A stretch of DNA of 64,000 nt, from positions 3,996-67,995 of IMG/VR virus record IMGVR_UViG_3300043449_001484; one strand, written 5' to 3'. Each line of letters starts with the position of its first letter. Within the stretch, counting starts at the first letter, position 1. The notes below the pieces were generated by a model, which was not told the origin of the DNA, did no database searches, and was given only the letters and a program-made list of their open reading frames with translations. This document shows positions 26,742 to 38,000 of this stretch, one piece after another. This DNA comes from a virus. The translations under genes were made by a program, and so were the position numbers.

Positions 26742-28600
26742 CTCAATCCGTCCGGCTGGATGTCAACACGCAGCGTGCCATAGCGCCAGTTATTGTCTAT
26801 CTCGTCACTCTCAATCCGTAAACTGATCTGTCTCCCGCGCGCACGCGTGTCCACCTTCTCTGTATTAGGTGCGATCACATACGGATCAAGAGAGCTAGGC
26901 TCGGCGGTAGACTGCGGATAAGCACGAAGCAATAGGTGTACCGTCAAATTACCCACTTGGTTTTTAAAGTCAGGTATAAACCGACGCATATACAGCATGT
27001 TATCGCCGTCGCCAATGTCAAAATAACCAGACTTGATATACGAAGTGATCGGAGCGCCATCGCCATTTACTCCATCCTCTTGGTAATAAACTCGCGTTCT
27101 ACCCTCGGTCAAACCGTAGATCGTGGAAATCGTAGCCGCATTGCTATTCTCTAAGTAGGTAGTTGCAACAGGCCTTGCATATGTGCCTATGTCGCACCAT
27201 GCGGTGCGCGCCATACTGCCTGTTGACCACACATTCTCAAGATAGTTGAAGGTTACGAAACGATCTATGTACGTCTCCCCAACAGAGCAATACCACCAAG
27301 TAACTTCATTAAATTGCGAGTTAACCCCCGCATGAAATTTCTGCTTCTGGGTAAGATCAAGGTCCTTAAAAACGTAATCCTGAACTGTGCAGGGGAGCTT
27401 TTTGACTGTACCGTCAAACACGTAAAACGCCTCAGGGCCCATCCAGAAGGCGACACCATTGACGTCTAGTGCAGCATGTGGCCCTAAACATCCGCAGTTT
27501 GCACCCAGCTGTTGAAACCCAAACGTGTAAGGAGGCCCAACAAACTGCATGCCGTGCAGTGAGGTGTCCGTCAGAATAAGTATTTGACCACGTGACCTAA
27601 ACGCAGTCACGATTTCACTGCCGTCAGTCAAGCGTTGACCACCTGCCGTGTTCGTCGCACTTTCGATAAACGTGTTGATGTCTTCTTGGTTAGAAAACCG
27701 TACAAACATTGGATCTTGTGTGGCAGGCGAACCAATCGAATCCTCTGTTCCAAAACAAACCAAGTGCCTATCCGGAGTTGAAACCAGTGCATACTTGCTC
27801 TTTGTCGGCGCACCGGAAATTGCCGTCGCTCTTGACGTAGAGTTACTCGTGTCAAAGAGATAAATCCCTCCGTCTACTAGCTGGCAAATAACATCTTCGC
27901 CATAGGCGTCAAACTGCCAAACGCGAGAGGTCAGGTTAAGGCCCGCAGAGGGAGATCGAGGGGTGCCCCACGTAGACAAGCCCCATGTGCCCGTTCCCCA
28001 GCCAAGATCAAAAAAGCTCGTGTCAAAACCGACGTTTATCTGGTACTGACCTACAGTAGCCGCACCACCATCCCCGCTGTCTGAACTGTCCGCCGTGACC
28101 CCGATCTTTATCTTGTATGTGTTCGCGGTTGTAACTTCTTGGATCTCAAATTGAGCGTTTAAGTACGTTGCTGTCACGTTCCCGCCTAAGGAGACAGCGT
28201 CGCTAAACGTTACAAAATCCCCGGCAATGGCCCCATGACCGGTGTCCGTCACCGTCAAGATATCGCTACCATCAACGGCAGCAAAGGTTACATCTCCGGC
28301 CCCCGTTGTACGTCTAATCGGGGTGACATCCGTCCACTGGTTCCCATAGAACGAATATAGCTTACGTGTAGTTCCGACGATAGCGTGGGGAGAACCAGTC
28401 AAATCGTTCCAAGTAAAGACTTCGCTAGTCATACCAACAAGGTATGCTTCATTCTGAGAAAAAGGCGTCCAGCCCCCAAGCTTTTCCGGAAGCCCATAGC
28501 GAAAGCGGATGTAATCGCCATCGATCCATCCGCCTTCCGCACCGTATTCGGTATTCTGCTTGTCAATCCCCGGCTTTAAAGCTAACCTGAAGTAGGACAT
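26738..28600 (-). CDS. Tail nozzle/DNA stabilisation protein (P22 gp10 / T7 gp12-like)
   Basis: PEKLGGW, RFSNQED, DTRARGRQ family motifs; beta-rich. Confidence 0.75.
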   Translation of the reverse strand: MSYFRLALKPGIDKQNTEYGAEGGWIDGDYIRFRYGLPEKLGGWTPFSQNEAYLVGMTSEVFTWNDLTGSPHAIVGTTRKLYSFYGNQWTDVTPIRRTTGAGDVTFAAVDGSDILTVTDTGHGAIAGDFVTFSDAVSLGGNVTATYLNAQFEIQEVTTANTYKIKIGVTADSSDSGDGGAATVGQYQINVGFDTSFFDLGWGTGTWGLSTWGTPRSPSAGLNLTSRVWQFDAYGEDVICQLVDGGIYLFDTSNSTSRATAISGAPTKSKYALVSTPDRHLVCFGTEDSIGSPATQDPMFVRFSNQEDINTFIESATNTAGGQRLTDGSEIVTAFRSRGQILILTDTSLHGMQFVGPPYTFGFQQLGANCGCLGPHAALDVNGVAFWMGPEAFYVFDGTVKKLPCTVQDYVFKDLDLTQKQKFHAGVNSQFNEVTWWYCSVGETYIDRFVTFNYLENVWSTGSMARTAWCDIGTYARPVATTYLENSNAATISTIYGLTEGRTRVYYQEDGVNGDGAPITSYIKSGYFDIGDGDNMLYMRRFIPDFKNQVGNLTVHLLLRAYPQSTAEPSSLDPYVIAPNTEKVDTRARGRQISLRIESDEIDNNWRYGTLRVDIQPDGLR

Positions 28601-28612
28601 TTCTTCACCTTG

Positions 28613-29131
28613 TTACCTTACTGTTTCACCCATAAACAACGCAACTTCGGCCTTACGGCGGCGCACTAGCCCCGGCAAAACCCTGCCGCCTCCCTTGGTA
28701 TACATCATAAAGCCTTCGGCAACCCTTTCCAACGACTCATTTCGGATGATGCGTTGACGCAAAGTAGATCGCTGAAACCCCCCTACCCCTATGTTGTAGC
28801 TAAGAGCGACGCAAGCGTCAAAGAGCTCTTGACGACCAGCCAGATTGGGAGCAAGTCGAAGAACACCACGTTCAAAACTTCGGAGCAGATTCTTGAAGCG
28901 TTCCTCCAACTCCGGTCTTGTCCATGTCCGATTGTGCTCTGGCGCAAGGGGGAACTCCTTTCTGATCATCCCGGCATAGCCTTCCTTGCGGGCTACAGGC
29001 AGGCGTATCTGCTCTTGGTGAAGAACCTCTCCATAGCCCACAGTCCAAAGATGCGCAGGACAAAGGTATGGTTTGTTCCTGTACCCCTCAAACTGGTGCA
29101 TCAAATGGATGCCTTTGTCCGACGTTTTCAC
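28613..29131 (-). CDS. Endolysin, GH24 lysozyme
   Basis: FEG-x7-C-x5-TVGYG catalytic motif; LPGLVRRRKAE. Confidence 0.92.
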   Translation of the reverse strand: MKTSDKGIHLMHQFEGYRNKPYLCPAHLWTVGYGEVLHQEQIRLPVARKEGYAGMIRKEFPLAPEHNRTWTRPELEERFKNLLRSFERGVLRLAPNLAGRQELFDACVALSYNIGVGGFQRSTLRQRIIRNESLERVAEGFMMYTKGGGRVLPGLVRRRKAEVALFMGETVR

Positions 29132-29631
29132 TTCTTGTTCCAGTTACGTGATCCGAACCAAAATCCGATGATTCCCCCAAGCATTGCCATCTCATCCTCA
29201 GAAAAGATAATTGTTGAGTATTTCACAACATCGTCAATGGTCGTGACCAGACCGGGGTGTGTGTAGAGGAAGTACGCCATGAAGACGTTAATAGCCACCA
29301 GTTCAAACACAAGGATGTACGTAACCGTCGGGCGCACAGTGCCCACATAGTTAGCCACCCACTGGCTGGCTTTCTCCAGCACCTTTTGGTCATGGGCCAG
29401 TGCTGCCCCTTGCATCTGGGCTTCTGACTGCATGGCTACTTGATCGGTACGGATCTCCTCAATCCGAGCCTGCGCAGCAAAACCTTGGGCAGCAAGCTGT
29501 AGCTCGCGCTCGTTTTGCATCCGGGAGAGTTCTAACTCATGCTTCTTGTCTGCCTTGTCTTGAAAGAACTCCATGACCTTTGGCAGGCCAGAGATCAGCA
29601 GACCCCCAAGAGTGGATATTAATGAAAGCAT
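29128..29631 (-). CDS. Holin (3TM/GTA-holin-like)
   Basis: VRPTVTY, hydrophobic helices, GFWFGSR; overlaps the endolysin start. Confidence 0.75.
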   Translation of the reverse strand: MLSLISTLGGLLISGLPKVMEFFQDKADKKHELELSRMQNERELQLAAQGFAAQARIEEIRTDQVAMQSEAQMQGAALAHDQKVLEKASQWVANYVGTVRPTVTYILVFELVAINVFMAYFLYTHPGLVTTIDDVVKYSTIIFSEDEMAMLGGIIGFWFGSRNWNKK

Positions 29632-29633
29632 GT

Positions 29634-30053
29634 TTATTCCTTCCCTGCGCTGGTTGTGACCATGTCTTCGCCCTTGGTAACCGTGACTTTGCTGCCCTCA
29701 ACCTCAACTTTCATGGGCGGCTCTTTGCGGTCTAGCTTGTCTAAACGCTCAATCAAGGCGTTGATCACCTCGAACTCAGGCTTTTCCTGCTTGGGATTTG
29801 CACCAGCAATCCCATTCAACATGGAGATAAGTGCAGTAAGTGCAGCGCCGAGCAAACCCATGACCGCTGCAATTTTGGATTCTTCTAAGGCAAGGGAAGA
29901 CAAAACGCCGATCACCACAATGAATGTGATGTAAAACAAGCCCTGCTTACCAATCGCCTTGCCCGCAACTTCTTTAGCGGTACTGTCAGCTTCTAGTCGG
30001 TTTAATTCTGCCTTCGTCTGGGCCTTGAATACTTTTAGTTCGTTATCGTCCAT
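29634..30053 (-). CDS. Two-TM membrane protein (lysis-cassette associated)
   Basis: Two hydrophobic helices; directly upstream of the holin. Confidence 0.6.
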   Translation of the reverse strand: MDDNELKVFKAQTKAELNRLEADSTAKEVAGKAIGKQGLFYITFIVVIGVLSSLALEESKIAAVMGLLGAALTALISMLNGIAGANPKQEKPEFEVINALIERLDKLDRKEPPMKVEVEGSKVTVTKGEDMVTTSAGKE

Positions 30054-30086
30054 GGGTCCGCCTTTGTTGTTTTATCCGTAACCGCC

Positions 30087-30863
30087 CTAATCACTTGATT
30101 GTAAAAGAGTTTCGGTCAGTTTGGATAGGTCTGCTTTGGTGTACTTTTGATAAGACGATTGCAGGTTTTCCGGCATGGGTACTTCTTCAATTACAGCACC
30201 CGTTTTTTGGGATATTTCTTTAGCTATTTCTAAAAATGAAATAGTCCGACCAGTGCCGAAGTTCCATACTCCAGACTCCTTGATATCAAAAAAGGCCTGA
30301 TGTAGCTCTATGACTTTCTCACACGAAATGAAGTCCCTGCGATAATGGTTGCTGCCCTCAAAGACTCGAATCCTACCCGTCAAAGCCTGCTGATTAAATT
30401 TGTGAAAGGGTGACGCCTGATCCCCTTTGTGATCCTCATACCGCCCATAGACGTTGAAGTAGCGAAATAACTGCACAGGTGCTTTTGGGCTGATCCGCTC
30501 TACGTACTGCTCCACCATACGCTTGGATTCAGCGTATAAATTGGCTGGACGGCAGACGTCGTCTTCCCGAAAAGTGATGTTTTCCTTGCCATAAACAGAC
30601 GCAGAACTAGCTATCTGAATAGGGATTCTGCGGTTTTGGCATCGGTTTATAAGATCCACCGAAAACTGGTAGTTGTACCGGACAAGCGCGGGCCAATCGG
30701 TGCAAGTCGTTTGGGTTATTGCCCCAAGGTGCAAAACCCTGTCTATGCCTTCCAGCGTATATTCCCCGTCCTCTGGTTCATAGAGGACAAGATCATGCTC
30801 TGCTAAAGCCTTGACCATGTTTTGGCCTATAAAGCCTTTATAGCCTGTCAGAAAGATACGCAC
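30087..30863 (-). CDS. hldD: ADP-L-glycero-D-manno-heptose 6-epimerase-like extended SDR
   Basis: TGYKGFIG, HLGA, ASSASVYG, YAESK, RYFNVYG..EDHKGDQASP, RRDFI. Confidence 0.85.
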   Translation of the reverse strand: MRIFLTGYKGFIGQNMVKALAEHDLVLYEPEDGEYTLEGIDRVLHLGAITQTTCTDWPALVRYNYQFSVDLINRCQNRRIPIQIASSASVYGKENITFREDDVCRPANLYAESKRMVEQYVERISPKAPVQLFRYFNVYGRYEDHKGDQASPFHKFNQQALTGRIRVFEGSNHYRRDFISCEKVIELHQAFFDIKESGVWNFGTGRTISFLEIAKEISQKTGAVIEEVPMPENLQSSYQKYTKADLSKLTETLLQSSD

Positions 30864-31588
30864 TCGACATCCTCCTTAGACAAAGCATAAACCCCAAGAT
30901 GACCACATGAGATAGCCGCCATCCTATTGGCAGTCTCCAGAGCAAAATCTATGTTTTTTGTTTTGGCGTGGGCGTAAGCAAAAGATGCCAGAAAAGTATC
31001 CCCAGCCCCACACACATCAACAATCTCAGACTGGAAGGCGGGGTAGTTTTTGCCCATGTAAAAGCAACCAGAAGCTCCATCAGTCACAATAAGCTTCTTA
31101 GGGCTAGGCAGGGATATAGCTTTCCTGCGCTCTAGGCTATTTATCTTTATGTAAGTATTGTCAAATAACCTTAGATCCTGTTTCTTGGTGTCTAGGTAGA
31201 TTTCCCCATCAAACCTTTCACGGATCTTCTTTATTGCGTCGTAGGAAATATAGCCTTTGTTGTAGTCTGAGATGACAATAAAACCATACGGGCCATAATC
31301 TCTGTGCTCATATTCAACGCAATCAAGGTCTTCATCAACCCTCATAAGAATACGCCCAGACTTATTGTCAACGTATCTTATTTTCTTTGAGATATTCCCA
31401 ATCGGAACAGAAATATCAACATCCAACATAAAAGCCTTGAGGTTCATGGCTACGTTGTAAGCCATACCCTTTTTAGCCTCTACGCTAATAAGATCCAACA
31501 AAGGCACTGGGGCTTCAGGATTGAGCCTTTTTACTATCCCATACCGATACTCATCGATACAGGTATCACCTATTACTAAAGCTTTCAT
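30848..31588 (-). CDS. hldA: Heptose-7-phosphate kinase (HldE kinase domain, PfkB fold)
   Basis: VIGD...RLNPEAPVP...SDYNKG...DVCGAGDTF. Confidence 0.85.
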   Translation of the reverse strand: MKALVIGDTCIDEYRYGIVKRLNPEAPVPLLDLISVEAKKGMAYNVAMNLKAFMLDVDISVPIGNISKKIRYVDNKSGRILMRVDEDLDCVEYEHRDYGPYGFIVISDYNKGYISYDAIKKIRERFDGEIYLDTKKQDLRLFDNTYIKINSLERRKAISLPSPKKLIVTDGASGCFYMGKNYPAFQSEIVDVCGAGDTFLASFAYAHAKTKNIDFALETANRMAAISCGHLGVYALSKEDVECVSF

Positions 31589-31947
31589 TGCTGGCTATCC
31601 CCCGGAAATACCCTGTAGTTATCAGCAGACGTATCAGCGGTGGATACTTCAATAACTTTACCAGCCTCCAAACAGATCAACTGGTGAGGAAGTAACGGAA
31701 TGTTGCGCCAAACATCGCCGACATTTAGTTCTATTTCTTTTATATCAGCGTTGTTTGTGTCAATAATTAAAAGACGAAATTTACCCTCCAGTACATACCA
31801 AGTCTCATCTTTTATTTTGTGAAAGTGCATGGAAAACTTTGCGCCTTGGTTAAAGTGCAAGATCTTCCCCGCATAGCCATAAGTGCTTGCCCAGATTTCT
31901 TCATAGCCCCAACCTTTAGGAACTATTTCCTTTTTGCATTTTTCCAT
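31585..31947 (-). CDS. Cupin-fold sugar isomerase-like protein
   Basis: VPKGWGYE, SMHFHKIKDETW, PH, EVST, DNYRV; start at MEKCK. Confidence 0.8.
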   Translation of the reverse strand: MEKCKKEIVPKGWGYEEIWASTYGYAGKILHFNQGAKFSMHFHKIKDETWYVLEGKFRLLIIDTNNADIKEIELNVGDVWRNIPLLPHQLICLEAGKVIEVSTADTSADNYRVFPGDSQQ

Positions 31948-32323
31948 ACTGGATAATCCTTGTTGTTGAGTGGCCTTCAACAAAAGAAATAATGACCACT
32001 CTGGCTAGGCCATAGCCAACAACCTCCGATGGCGTGTAGTCCCCTCCTTTTGTAATGATGGCTGGATTTATTGTTTTTACAAGATTTAGCGGCGTATCTT
32101 CATCAAACACAACAACATCATCTACACACCGGAGGGCTTTTAAAACTGCCACGCGGTCTTCTACGCAGTTTATGGGGCGGTCATTTCCTTTAAGCCTTCT
32201 AACAGACTCATCAGAATTGACCCCCACCACTAAACGATCACCAAGCTTTCTTGACTCGTTTAAATAATCTACGTGTCCACGATGGATGATGTCAAAACAC
32301 CCATTTGTAAACACGGTGATCAT
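31916..32323 (-). CDS. hldC: Heptose-1-phosphate adenylyltransferase (HldE domain II)
   Basis: FTNGCFDIIHRGH, NSDESVRRLKG..RP, KGGDY, FVEGHSTT. Confidence 0.9.
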   Translation of the reverse strand: MITVFTNGCFDIIHRGHVDYLNESRKLGDRLVVGVNSDESVRRLKGNDRPINCVEDRVAVLKALRCVDDVVVFDEDTPLNLVKTINPAIITKGGDYTPSEVVGYGLARVVIISFVEGHSTTRIIQYGKMQKGNSS

Positions 32324-33672
32324 TTATTGATGTTTACCAAAAGATCAAAGCCTTTCTCTTCAATGCTGTAATTGGCAATACCAGCCTCATCCAACATAGA
32401 TTGAAATGATTCTTTGGTGAAACCAGTCTTGTGGCGCATTGGTTCGTCACCGCGAACGATAGAAGGTCTGTAGCCAAAGAGAATATCTACCGGGCTTATC
32501 GGGCCACTAGGGCTTTCATAGACCGGAGAAAGCAGATTACCCTTTGCTATCTCTGCGCCAATAGATTTAAGGTTAGGAACTACAGCCCTGACAAACCCTC
32601 CGGGCTTAGTCAACCGCAAGAACTCTTTGACTACAGGAATTACCTTGTAGTAATCAAGATGCTCAAGCATATGGCTGGTATAAACCACATCCACAATCTC
32701 TGACTCCACGCCCGACAGATTGGTTACGTCAGCGCAAATATCCGGATCGTTCTTCTTGTCTATGTCCATTCGATACTCTTTAAGATCGACCAGATCATCT
32801 GCAAAGATAGAATCCCGGATAGTAGATTTGCCAGAACCTACGTTCAGAATAGACTTAATCGTCTTTTCTATTGGCAACGAGTCAGACAAAGGGTACTTAT
32901 CCCACCACTCTCGCCAATCCATCAAAGGATCGTACTCAGTGCTGTACTGCATGTGCAGCGCCAGTGACGGAATAGGCACAAACAGGTAGTAGCCCAAGCT
33001 TCTAAACAACTGGTTGATGGATTCATCCTCCATCACGCCAGATACCTCGGACTTACCCATCTTCTCGAACAGATGCCACTCCTTATGAATCACTGATATA
33101 TGAGTCATAAAACAAGAGGCCGTCATAACCTGTGTGCGCCAGTGCCGATCTGAAGACCGGACAATATGGCTACGCACCGCCACATTAACTGGCATGTACT
33201 TGTACGGATCATTGAACGGGTAGATAGATACTGGCCTGCCCATGTTGTTGCTGAACTCCACGGACGCACGAAGCATCTTTTCTATGGCTGTCTCGTCGTA
33301 CAGGTAGTCATCCTGAGCAAAGTAAACCCAGTCCTTGCCGTGATCCCTGCCATGCTCATAGCAGCGCAGAATAGACGGCATGATCCCGTAGGTTTCTAAA
33401 TGTTCAAGCTGTACTGGGAAGGTGGCTTTCGCCAGATTTGTTTTTAGATATTGAACCGACTGTTCATCGGAATGATCATCGAACACTTGCAGTTCGATCT
33501 GAAGGTCAGGCACGACAGCTTTGGCATGGTTGAGAGTGTCGATAAGAGAGGCAACACATCGTCGTGTTACCTCCGGCTTATCTTCCCCACAATACCGCTT
33601 CATTTCGTGCATTTTGAGATAGTGTTGGCTATCCCCTTTCGAGTGTGTTTGCAGCACGACTAGAAGGTGCAT
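32320..33672 (-). CDS. GT-A glycosyltransferase fused to a SAM-dependent methyltransferase
   Basis: N-terminal DDHS and QDDY (DxD-like); C-terminal ILNVGSG and SHMLEHL. Confidence 0.75.
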   Translation of the reverse strand: MHLLVVLQTHSKGDSQHYLKMHEMKRYCGEDKPEVTRRCVASLIDTLNHAKAVVPDLQIELQVFDDHSDEQSVQYLKTNLAKATFPVQLEHLETYGIMPSILRCYEHGRDHGKDWVYFAQDDYLYDETAIEKMLRASVEFSNNMGRPVSIYPFNDPYKYMPVNVAVRSHIVRSSDRHWRTQVMTASCFMTHISVIHKEWHLFEKMGKSEVSGVMEDESINQLFRSLGYYLFVPIPSLALHMQYSTEYDPLMDWREWWDKYPLSDSLPIEKTIKSILNVGSGKSTIRDSIFADDLVDLKEYRMDIDKKNDPDICADVTNLSGVESEIVDVVYTSHMLEHLDYYKVIPVVKEFLRLTKPGGFVRAVVPNLKSIGAEIAKGNLLSPVYESPSGPISPVDILFGYRPSIVRGDEPMRHKTGFTKESFQSMLDEAGIANYSIEEKGFDLLVNINK

Positions 33673-33674
33673 TG

Positions 33675-34070
33675 TTACTCCATGGGTTCAGTGGGCCAAG
33701 TACGGTTGTTGTCCAAGGTAGTGACATTCGTATACTGCGACCAAGCGGTCTTGTATGTAGTCCACTCATCCACTTTCACGCCTTCCGCAATCTTCTCATC
33801 AGCCTTAGCTATGGCATCAGCCGCCATACGATTGATCTGAGCAAGCTCCTCATCAATCTCAGCTTGAGTCTTCTTGCGGTAATCCTTCACCTCAACAACC
33901 TGATCGCCACGCACCTCATGGTGAGAGCCAATAAACAGGTCATATGCATCATTAGGCTGGTCTTCCAAGCTGTGAGGAAGCCATGTGTTATCGGGCGGCG
34001 TTGCATCAGGCCATGCGCGAGGGCCATCGACAACAGCGCCATCCACTACTTTGCACCAAGAATTAGACAT
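33675..34070 (-). CDS. Tail fibre assembly chaperone-like protein
   Basis: C-terminal W..Y...W...WPTEP motif. Confidence 0.6.
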   Translation of the reverse strand: MSNSWCKVVDGAVVDGPRAWPDATPPDNTWLPHSLEDQPNDAYDLFIGSHHEVRGDQVVEVKDYRKKTQAEIDEELAQINRMAADAIAKADEKIAEGVKVDEWTTYKTAWSQYTNVTTLDNNRTWPTEPME

Positions 34071-34079
34071 TTTTCCTCC

Positions 34080-35093
34080 TTATGCTGCGATCTTTAATTG
34101 CAAACGATCTTCTAATGCTTTTTTGATATTAGCCATAGGCTCATCCCAATTTCCGTATTGGGTTTGTCTAAATAGCCGAGCGGAATCATACCAAGGTGAA
34201 GTGCTTCCCGGCAATGCCCAGCAGTAATAAGGCAATATCGGCACCAGAACCCATGTCTCTACACCCAGTGCAGCAGCACAGTGGGCTACAGACGTACAGG
34301 AAGTGATGACTAGATCGAGGCTTTTCAAGATGCTGGCAGTTTGCCGCCAGTCAGTTAGCTGATCTTTAAGATCCCCGAACGGCAGGAACTCCATTAGGTC
34401 ATGGTCACGCTGCAAGGAATAGAACGTAGTCCCCGGCAACTGATGCAGGTCAATCAGCGGCGTAGGGTCAAACTTCCTGTGCTGCTCATGCTCAAACTGC
34501 GGATTGCCTGACCATTTAACGCCGACCTTCAAGGTACCGGGGCGCTCATACATATCTCGCTTGGGCGCATCCAGATAGGCTTTACCTATCATGTCCTCGT
34601 ACTCGTATCCAATGGCATACCCCGCTGACATACCGGGCACCCAGTAGTCATAGTAGACACCGCCAGCCTCTGCCGCACCGTTAGATACCGGAGTAAAACC
34701 ATTGTCGGCAAAGAACCCCATCAGGCTGGGATGGCAGGATACGATGACCTTAGCGCCCAGCTCCTCAAAGTCACGAGCAAACCTGACGTTCATGATCTCG
34801 TCGCCATGACCGCCCTCTGAGCGGAAGAGCAGAGTCTTGCCATGCAGATCCTCGCCTGACCATATCTGCCCCGGCAGCGCGGGAGAGCCAAATACATTCA
34901 GGAACCGGCCTGCATTCATCCCGTTAAATCCTTGGCGTAGCTTGCCGTGGCGCATGTCATGCCAGCCAAGATTAAAGATGATGCGAAGATCGTCCGGTTG
35001 ATCCTCTAGCTTCTTACGCAGCAGATCCTCGGCTATATCGGGATAGCCTTGGATTGCTGCTTGTAGGGCAATGTCTACGTTTTCAGTTGTCAT
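34080..35093 (-). CDS. TPR plus GT-B (GT9/heptosyltransferase-like) glycosyltransferase
   Basis: SEGGHGD, WSGNP, FYSLQ, LDLVITSCTSVAHCAAALG, PWYDSARLFRQ. Confidence 0.82.
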   Translation of the reverse strand: MTTENVDIALQAAIQGYPDIAEDLLRKKLEDQPDDLRIIFNLGWHDMRHGKLRQGFNGMNAGRFLNVFGSPALPGQIWSGEDLHGKTLLFRSEGGHGDEIMNVRFARDFEELGAKVIVSCHPSLMGFFADNGFTPVSNGAAEAGGVYYDYWVPGMSAGYAIGYEYEDMIGKAYLDAPKRDMYERPGTLKVGVKWSGNPQFEHEQHRKFDPTPLIDLHQLPGTTFYSLQRDHDLMEFLPFGDLKDQLTDWRQTASILKSLDLVITSCTSVAHCAAALGVETWVLVPILPYYCWALPGSTSPWYDSARLFRQTQYGNWDEPMANIKKALEDRLQLKIAA

Positions 35094-38000
35094 GACGTTG
35101 CTAATCCGCCTGTAAAAGTGCTTCTAGCATTAATTCCGGAAACCCAATTCGTAAGCGTTCCTACCTGCACTGGTGATGATCTATTTGTTGTTGTGCCATC
35201 ACCAAGTTGTCCTGCGGCGTTTACGCCCCAAGCCCAAATAGTCCCATCATTTCTTAAAGCATAGGATGAAGTGCTTGCCGTAAACACATCAACCCAAGTT
35301 GTAAGAGTTCCTATCTGCACAGGGGAGGATCTATTGGTGGTTGTTCCATCGCCAAGATATCCCCCAGAGTTACTGCCCCAAGCCCAAAGAGTTCCATCAG
35401 TTTTTCTGGCAAGCATAAAATCCGCTTGATTAGATACAGCAATTTTTGACCAGTTGGTCAACGTCCCTACTTGGACTGGGGAAGATCTCGAAACAGTTGA
35501 GCCACTACCAAGAGCGCCAGAGGTTCCCGCGCCCCAAGTCCACAGCGTCCCGGTTGTTTTGATTGCGCCTGTTTGATTGCCCTTTGATGCGACAGCCCAA
35601 TCAGTTAATGTTCCAACTTGAGTTGGCGAAAGTCTTGTGACTGTATCACCAAGGCCAAGAACGCCATTGTTGCCATTGCCCCATGCCCATAAAGAGCCAT
35701 CAGTCTTAACTATATCGGTACTCCAATTAGTCAGCGTACCTATTTGAACAGGAGAAGAAACTGATGGTAAATAAATATAAGCAGGAACAACAGCGGTTGT
35801 ATCGCTTGGCCCTGTATAACCATATCCCCATGATGCAATAGTGTTGTCTGTTTTTTGGGCTACAACTACGCCATTTGTTACATAACTCCCAGAAATTAAT
35901 CCAGAGTATCCTGTACCAATCTGGACTGGCCCTGATTTACTTGAAGTCGTACCATCACCCAAAAATGATCCTAATCCAACAGACCACAATGTATTATCGT
36001 TTTTTACAAAAAAAGAATTTGAATCAGTATTGAAAGAATATGCCCAGTTATTTAATGTTCCAACCTGAACAGGAGATGAATATGTAACAGTATTACCGAG
36101 GCCCAGTTGACCAACATTGTTTTTCCCCCAAGACCATAACGTACCGTCAGTTTTTACAGCAGAAACAGATCCATTAAAGTTTGTTGAAGAAGATTTCATG
36201 TAAGACCAGTTGGTCAATGTTCCAACTTGAATTGGAGATGATTTAGCAGTAACTGTTCCATCGCCTAATTGACCTTGAGCATTATCTCCCCATGCCCACA
36301 ATGTTCCGTCATTTTTAATGGATAAACTTGAATAGGATGCGGTAAATAATTTACTCCAATTAGTCAAAGTTCCTACTTGCCTAATCAAATAATTACTAGT
36401 TACATCTCCTTGCCCAAGCTGCCCATATCCGTTATACCCTGCAGACCATAATGACCCATTTGTCCCTCGCAACAAAACATAACCGTCATTATTTGAACCA
36501 CCATAAACAGAAGCATCTGCCCAAGTAGAAAGTGTTCCTACTTGAATTGGAACAGGTACTGGAGATGGAACGCCAACACCAAGAACATAATAAGGCGCCG
36601 TTCCACTACCATTGGTATTGTCCCCACATGTCCAAACTTGGTTACTGGTATTTTTAAAATAACTTCTGGTGTATGGCGTACCTGTTCCCAAAACTTTTAT
36701 ATCCGTCCAACTCGTAAGAGTCCCTATCTGTACCGGAGAACTTCTGTTTGTTGTATCACCTAAACCTAATTGTCCAACAGAATTATTCCCCCATGACCAT
36801 ATGGTTCCATCATTTTTTAATGCAACGGAAGTTTCGCCACCAGCGGCAATCTTTGACCATGTAGTCAATGTCCCAATTTGGACTGGAGAAGAATAATTTG
36901 TTGCATTATTTGTTCCTAACTGACCGCTGGGGTTGTACCCCCATGCCCACAATGTGTTGTCATTTTTAAGAGAAATCATGTAATTATTTCCAACACAAAT
37001 ACTTGACCAGTTAGTCAAAGTTCCAATTTGTATTGGAGATGATTTATCTACAGTTGTTCCATCGCCAAGCTGCCCAAAAGTGTTAGCGCCCCAAGACCAT
37101 AATGTTCCATCTGTTTTAATGGCACCAACAGAATAATTTGCTTCAGAAACACTTAACCAATTAGTTAGCGTACCAATTTGTGTAAGAGATGATTTATTAA
37201 TGGTTGTGCCATCACCTATCTGACCAGCATTATTTGCTCCAGCGGCGTAAAGCTCTCCTGTTGTATTAATAAAATAGTTTGTTATAAAACCAGTAGAAGC
37301 TTTAGACCAGTTACTTAAAGTTCCAATCTGAATCGGAGAAGAATAAGTAGTAAGGTTGCCTACCCCAAGCTCTCCATAATTTTGCGTGCCCCATCCCCAT
37401 AAAGTTCCATTTGATTTAATCCCAAGAGAAGTTGCGCTTCCATCGGATATAGAAGACCAAATATTTGTGTCAATTACTTGAGGGCCAGAAGAACTAGTAA
37501 CAGTTCCATTTCCTATTTGGGAATTAGAATTATTCCCCCATCCAACAAGGTACCCTTCTTGAGTAAGAGAATGAGTTACATATCTTGAAGATCCACTATT
37601 TCCTAATGTCCCATAAGATAAGGCAATTTGTACAGGGGATGAAAATGCGGCTGTATTTGCAAGATTAGTGGCTGATGGCCCATGCACATATCCAGCTCTG
37701 TCCCCCCATGCCCACAACGTACCATCTGTTTTGATTGCAAGAGAGTAATTATTGCCAGAATAAACCTTAGACCAGTTAGTCTGAGTTCCTATTTGGATGG
37801 GAGAAGATCTCCATAGCGTTGTGCCATCCCCTAACTGATAAGAATTATTATTTCCTGCGGCGTACAAAGCACCGCTTTTAATATAAAGACCGCCAGTGCC
37901 ATAACTTACGTCTGAGTATTGGCTGTCCGTAAATTGAGTTGGGAAGGTAAGTGATTGATTAGCAGTACCCCACGTGCTATTACCAAGCTCGCCATTTGTA

